Source of the DNA: Octopus sinensis
Taxonomy: Eukaryota
Direction of reading: 5' to 3'
DNA: 64,000 bases
NCBI RefSeq assembly: GCF_006345805.1
Contig: NC_043005.1
Coordinates: 24,490,001-24,554,000 of the forward strand
Under the pieces are notes generated by a model. It had not been told where the DNA came from and made no database searches. It saw only the letters and a program-made list of their open reading frames with translations. Position 1 is the first letter of the stretch, and each line of letters begins with the position of its first letter. This document shows positions 55,035 through 64,000 of this stretch, piece after piece. The position numbers and the translations under genes are program-made.

Positions 55035-56435
55035 GGATCTTTTCTATTCTGAAGCCAGGACCACAGATCTTTCTACTTAACTAAATAATCTGAAACTTCG
55101 TATGCTGATAGAGTCTAGCAAAACAAGACACAGGTTGGAACTAGTTTATTTGAGAAAAATCTATTTTATGACTTTAATCGTAGATTAAAACTGCGAATTT
55201 TAACCAATCAGATTGTTTGTTTTCAAGTGTAAAACTTGACTGCATTCTATTAGTGTGACGTAGAAAGCGCTTTTGTGACGTACTAACGTTCGGAAAACTG
55301 TAAACAAACACAGAACGTAACGGCAGACGAAATACGGTTACGCATTTCGCCCGGCGTGCTAACGTTTCTGCCAGCTCTTTGCTTTTTTAATATTAAATTT
55401 CGGCGAAGTTTCGCTTGTCGTAGCACAAGTTTTCCGTCGATTTCCGTAAAAAACTTTTATTTTTTTACATAAGTAATGAGAGCGAAAGAGACTAAGAGGA
55501 AGCGATTTTATGACGAGGGAAGTTTGTCTTTGAAGTTACCGTCTAGGGCAGGGGTGGGCAAACTTTTTTGATCGCGGGCCGCACAGTGCGTCTTTGGAAC
55601 CTTGGCGGGCCTCATTTATAAAAATCAAGTGAAAATATTGTGAATTACCGTACAGTTACGAAGTATCTGCATAGAAGTTGGGATTCATAAAAGCTCTCGG
55701 CGGGCCGCATGAAAACCTATGGCGGGCCGCATGCGGCCCGCGGGCCGTAGTTTGCCCACCCCTGGTCTAGGGGAAGCATTGATGTACATGTGTGTGTGTG
55801 TGTGTGTTTGATGGGGTGTGGGAGACAGTATGTTGTGTAAGTGAAGTGCTTCTGTTAGTGTGTGTGAAGAGACAGAGAGAGTAATGTGTGAAAGAGAGAG
55901 ATAACTGAATTTTTTTACTCGGTGTATGTGTATATGTATGTCTGCATGTATGTGTGTGTGTGTATGTATCTATGTATGTATGGCCAATTCATCGTAATTA
56001 CGATTACGATGAATCGGCTATACATACATACACACACACACATACATACACACACACACATACTTACACATACATACACACACACATACATGCAGACATA
56101 CAGAATGGAAACATTTTCAATTTAATACATGTGGCTTATTAACTAGTTTTAAATATTGTTATTAGAAGGTGGCTCACTTGTTTACATTTAAGATGTTAAA
56201 TACGTCACGAAATTGGTGGTCGAGACGGAGTAAATAAAATAAAGCCGAATGACGGAATATCATTGGTTAAAATTCTAATTATTAAACAACGTTAAACTTA
56301 GAAGTTACAATTCCGTTTTCATTCTGGTTTAAAATTAAGTTTACTTTTGACACATTCTACCAGTATACGAAGTTTCAAATTGTTTGGTTCAGTAGGAAAA
56401 ATTTGAAAAAACTGGCCTCAAAATAGAAAAGATCC
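55035..56435. mobile_element. Non-autonomous TIR DNA element (Merlin- or MULE-like) with 8-bp TSD
   Basis: Termini GGATCTTTTCTATT...AATAGAAAAGATCC with imperfect arms extending roughly 250 bp. AAAATAAA on both flanks (55027-55034 and 56436-56443). Confidence 0.8.
55549..55764. mobile_element. hAT-family MITE nested in the TIR element
   Basis: 16-bp perfect TIR CAGGGGTGGGCAAACT, perfect 8-bp TSD GTCTAGGG, internal GCGGGCCGCA repeats. Confidence 0.93.
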
Positions 56436-56481
56436 AAAATAAATGATTACCTTCGGAGCTGAAACGACATCACATCCGTCA

Positions 56482-59633
<3,152 letters not shown>

Positions 59634-59726
59634 AGCTATTTGCGTTTCGTTTAATCTATTATAAATGCAGAATTGTAAACGAAAATTGCTTTTTCATTCT
59701 TAGCCTTTTTTCTTGTCTCGTTTCAG

Positions 59727-59852
59727 GTTATCAAAATGCTCCTTGCAATTATTTTGATCTTTTTGCTATGTTGGGGCCCAAAGTTGCTATTCCGACTAAT
59801 GAGACGCGTTGATACTGCTCCATATTTCACAAGTCAAAGTTTATTCATCAAG
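59727..59852 (+). CDS. Class A GPCR internal exon: TM6 + ECL3 (not in the ORF track)
   Basis: Acceptor tttcAG at 59725-59726 and donor AAG|GTAAGA at 59853. Translates to VIKMLLAIILIFLLCWGPKLLFRLMRRVDTAPYFTSQSLFIK with the TM6 FxxCWxP motif. Phase 0 matches the previous exon. Confidence 0.92.
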
Positions 59853-60302
59853 GTAAGATATATATATCACATGTTTCATAGACGTAAACGTCAACAGATT
59901 TAATTCTATATTTGTTCTCGATATGATATGTATTAACATCTACCGCGGACAGTATACATTTGTCGAGGGGGTGTGTTATGTGTACGTATTATAATTAAGT
60001 CGGTGTTACCGTATTTAAGGAGCGAAACGTTAGAAAATGCCTATCTAAAATTAATAATGCAGTGAGACAAACAGACAGACAGACAGACAGACAATTCTCC
60101 GCATTAAATATGTTAATATATTTAATGTGGAAACTGTTAAAAAGCTAACTAAAACTCACTATGCGATGAGTACAACGCGATATTAATGCCTGCCTGTATG
60201 ACTAGGGATATCTTTTTGCAATCACGTGATTTCCGGTTCAGACCCACTTACTTAGCACACTGACAAGCGTCCGCTACTACATATATAAATATAAATATAT
60301 AT

Positions 60303-60760
60303 GGTGTCCCAATCAATTCGTCGCCGGCAATTTCTTGTCGTTTAATTTGTCCCCAGTTACTTCGTCGTTGGTCAATTCGTCCCCAGGTCAATTCGTTGTC
60401 AATCAACTCGTCGAGATCATAGGAAAAATGGAAGAACGAATATCTGAATTAAAAAACGTTTATTTTAAGGTTTGCTGTATCACATATATATTTTTTCTTA
60501 AAATTTAAGATGGTGTGCAATTGCTTTTAAAAAAGATATTTTTTCGGCTTGGGTCATATTTTTCCATGACATTTTTATGCGCAGGTTCATATCTGTATTT
60601 TTTTTCCTTTGGCTTGATTCTTCTTCTATAAATTTCTGCAATTTGGTACTGGTAAATCTTTCCTCGCATTTAATCACATCAATAAGTTTTCAAACATTTG
60701 GATGGCTAATATTTACTGTGATTTTTAGCACGCTGTGGTAAGAAATATCAGTGGTCGTCA
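60303..60760 (-). mobile_element. MULE/Mutator relic (repeat-rich end + transposase C-terminus)
   Basis: About 15-bp caattcgtc tandem units. Minus-strand remnants SHPNVxKLIDVIKCEE and ISFLKAIAHHL. Confidence 0.65.
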
Positions 60761-61417
60761 CCAGTCAAATTTCACAAGTGTATACTAAAAATAGCATTGA
60801 AGAAATGCATCGAACATACATTTTATATATTTAATGTAGACTTATATAATACATATAATTAGATGTTTATTGAAAATACTTTGTAAGATTGGATCAGAAG
60901 AGAACTAAATATGAAAGATGAATAGAAATTGTTTTGATATTTTATTGAGGTTAAAATAATAAATTTCTTTTATCGTTGAAGTTTCTTCTTTATTTTTATT
61001 ATATTACTGGCAGCGATTCATTTGAGGATATTCTTATTCATGGCTTATGCCAATAAAAATGACAACTACTAAGATCACTGCCTACGATTTAGATTTTTCG
61101 TTTCCTATGTGAATGATATCTCCGGCCAAAAACCCTTAAATTTTCGACACTTAAGGGAGGGGCCCAAGTCATAATTTATACCACTAAACTACTTAATAAA
61201 AAGATGGTATAAACAACAAACGTAAAGGATTAATTTAGTGGAACAGCACACATACGTATATATTGGTGAGTAGCTTTAACTTTAAACTTTTCTGGCATGA
61301 GATATTTCCATTTCCATTCCATATTTCAGTTTTGACATGTGAAAGTGCATATGTGTGTACGCGAGTGGGTATATGCTTGTGAATTCGAATAGTGTTTGTG
61401 TGTGCGCGTGTGTGCGT

Positions 61418-61490
<73 letters not shown>

Positions 61491-62095
61491 TGCGTGAGTG
61501 TGCGTGCGTGTGTCCGTTTGTGTGTACGCATGTTAGTGCACGAGTGTATCTGAGAATAGATTTCTTTCTCGAAGACACCAGAATCAAAGAAAGAATTTAC
61601 AAAATTTTACTCTCTTGACCTACTTTGTGATGTGTGTATGTGTGTATACGAGTGTATCTATGTTTGTACGTGTGCATTCATGTGTTAAAGTGTGTGCAAG
61701 TGTGCGTTTGTATATTAGTGAAATGTTATCTCCTCCTATCGTCGTTTCCTTTCTCATATTAATGTCCTTCTCTGCTGTCCTGTTCTCTTACCCTTTCTAT
61801 CTTTCTTTCATTGCTTCTCTTTTTTTTCTTCTCATCCCTTCCGCTTTTGAGCCTACTCCTGTCAATCTTAATACCACTTCACCTTTCATAACTAAACATT
61901 TTATTCTCCCTATCCTCTCTGGAGATATTTTTCTTTCTTACGTCTCCCTTCAAATTATATTCCACTTAAGCGGGACAGAAAATATGTAAATATTTATCCT
62001 CATAAATGCACAAAAAAAATAGATTTTAGTAGATAGTTCTCGGTAAGTGACTTCGGCACCAAATGACATAAAGATTGTGGGCATCGCAATCTATT

Positions 62096-62329
62096 ACCTA
62101 TTTCTTTACTACCCACAAGGGGCTAAACACAAAGGGGACAAACAAGGACAGATAGACGGATTAAGTCGATTATATCGACCCCAGTGCGTAACTGGTACTT
62201 AATTTATCGACCACGAAAGGATGAAAGGCAAAGTCGACCTCGGTGGAATTTGAACTCAGAACATAACGGCAGACGAAATACGGCTACGCATTTCGCCCAG
62301 TGTGCTAACGTTTCTGCCAGCTCGCCGCC
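62096..62329 (-). mobile_element. tRNA-SINE family B
   Basis: Reverse complement of 40128-40360. Confidence 0.9.
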
Positions 62330-63319
62330 TTATATCGCAATCTATTACCGTTGATCTTTCAACAGTATCACTGCTATTGAGAATAATCTTTCACTGAACA
62401 GAAGCAAATGACTACCTACACATGGGCAGAGCAACGTGTGTTTGAGAAAAATCGAATCGATCCTTAAAGTGTATTACCCAAAAGCTGATGAAGTTCTGTA
62501 TAGTAAAGGGACCAAGGGTGATCTCACATACACAGTCAGAGGCCGCATTATACTTTTAAAGATTGGTTTATATGCAGGCATCACCAACGAAGAACTGCTG
62601 CCTTCATTTGCTGCAAAGAAATTTTGGAGAAATGAATGAAGACAGCGTGGCTCTAGCATGATTCATCACGAAATTCAATGTGTACCATTTGTCAGAAAAA
62701 TTTTAAACAAAACCAGCACAAGTTAGTCGTCAAAGAGCTTATAGAAGGAAAAAGTATGGGAACTGTTATACGCATATGTCTTCACTGACAAAGTGGTTGC
62801 GCTCGTAATTGAGTTAACGATCCACCTACACAGATATAGACACACACACACCACGCATGTATATATATGATGTATATTCCTTTATACGTATACACACACA
62901 CATGTATGTGTGTGGGTGGGTGTGATATATACGCACACACATACACATATACATATATATACATGTTTCTATGTATGTATGTATGTATGTATGTATGTAT
63001 ATATGGATGGATGGATGGATGGATGGATGGATGGATGGATGTAAGCTCATTTTAGGCACTTTGAATGCCATAGTGTTTTCGTTTACAAGCTTTTCTTAAA
63101 ATTTTGTTTATATTTTCATTAGAGATCCTTAGTTTTTTTCTCTTTCTCTTTCAGCTTTTTTCTCTTCGCTTTGCATAATTGATGTTGGTTTTATGCTGTC
63201 AGAAATTAGCATTTATTCAGGTGGAATTCAAATCGCAAATGACACTCCTCCGCCGCGGTTGAGTAGAATGTCATTTGTGATTTCAACTTTCATTATATGT
63301 GTGTGCTGTACATACTCAC

Positions 63320-63407
63320 ACAGACAGACAGACAGACAGATAGATAGATAGATAGATAGGGAGAGAGGGAGGGAGGTAGAGATAGATAGATAGATAGATA
63401 GATAGAC

Positions 63408-63442
<35 letters not shown>

Positions 63443-63443
63443 C

Positions 63444-63522
<79 letters not shown>

Positions 63523-63590
63523 AAGGGATGGATAGATGGATGGATGGATGGAAGGAGAGAGGTAGCTATCGACAGACAGATAGATAGCTA
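63320..63590. repeat. (GACA)/(GATA)/(GGAT)n microsatellite
   Basis: Direct reading; a GATA tract with no retroelement in it. Confidence 0.95.
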
Positions 63591-64000
63591 TGCCTAGGTA
63601 TATGCTAGTGTACATGTATTTTATATATCTATGAAGTGGGTGTGTTTATATGTCTTTGTGAATGAAAAGGCTTTTAGGCTTTCAAGCGACGGTTCCTTTG
63701 TTTTATCATTTTTATCAAGTGCTATATAACCCCTGCAAAAGTCGTGCTCGCACTACATAACAAAAATTTATGACAAAATGGGTTTTTTTTCTTCTTTACC
63801 TCATCTGGTCCAGCTTTCTTCAACATTAACCTGAAAGAAATCAAAGAAGGAGAGAAAAAAACATAACATCAAGATGGTACCTGGATAAATGTTTCCTAGA
63901 AATAACAACCAAACCGCCAACACTTGGATAAATTTTACCAAACAACGTTTCCCTACTCGCGTAGGCTGTGGCATCTCCGTACATGATACATATACAACTA

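Larger units (their letters stand above)
48907..56481 (-). mobile_element. Full-length Tx1/L1-clade non-LTR retrotransposon, copy 1 (about 6.2 kb net; 5' UTR interrupted by a 1.4-kb TIR element)
   Basis: ORF1 plus APE-RT ORF2. The 3' end AATAAAAGAAAGT runs directly into (TATC)n. The putative 5' UTR resumes at 56436-56481 after the TSD-flanked insertion and abuts another (TATC)n tract. Confidence 0.88.

Noticed and set aside
62436-62639. Candidate TM7 exon of the GPCR
   Set aside because: No NPxxY motif, no hydrophobic helix and no good splice sites; possibly a TE relic.

Overview
Eukaryotic, AT-rich, microsatellite- and transposon-dense DNA. It is most consistent with a cephalopod (octopus-like) genome; this is an inference from the SINE types and repeat landscape. 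Most of the window is two very large introns (about 41 kb and 17 kb) of a + strand class A neuropeptide-type GPCR gene, of which three phase-compatible exons are visible (1033-1253, 42316-42628, 59727-59852). The standout feature is a young Tx1/L1-clade non-LTR retrotransposon that appears to target (GATA/TATC)n microsatellites. Once a 1.4-kb TIR element with an 8-bp TSD (55035-56435) is removed from its 5' UTR, the locus reads (GATA)n - full-length copy - (GATA)n - 5'-truncated copy - (GATA)n, head-to-tail. The window also holds R4/Dong-like elements sitting in (TAA)n, an RTE stub in (ATGT)n, Penelope-like relics with hammerhead-like motifs, mariner/Tc1, hAT, piggyBac, MULE and Helitron relics, many tRNA-derived SINEs, foldbacks and local tandem duplications. 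Most short ORFs in the track are microsatellite artefacts. Coordinates of degraded elements are approximate.
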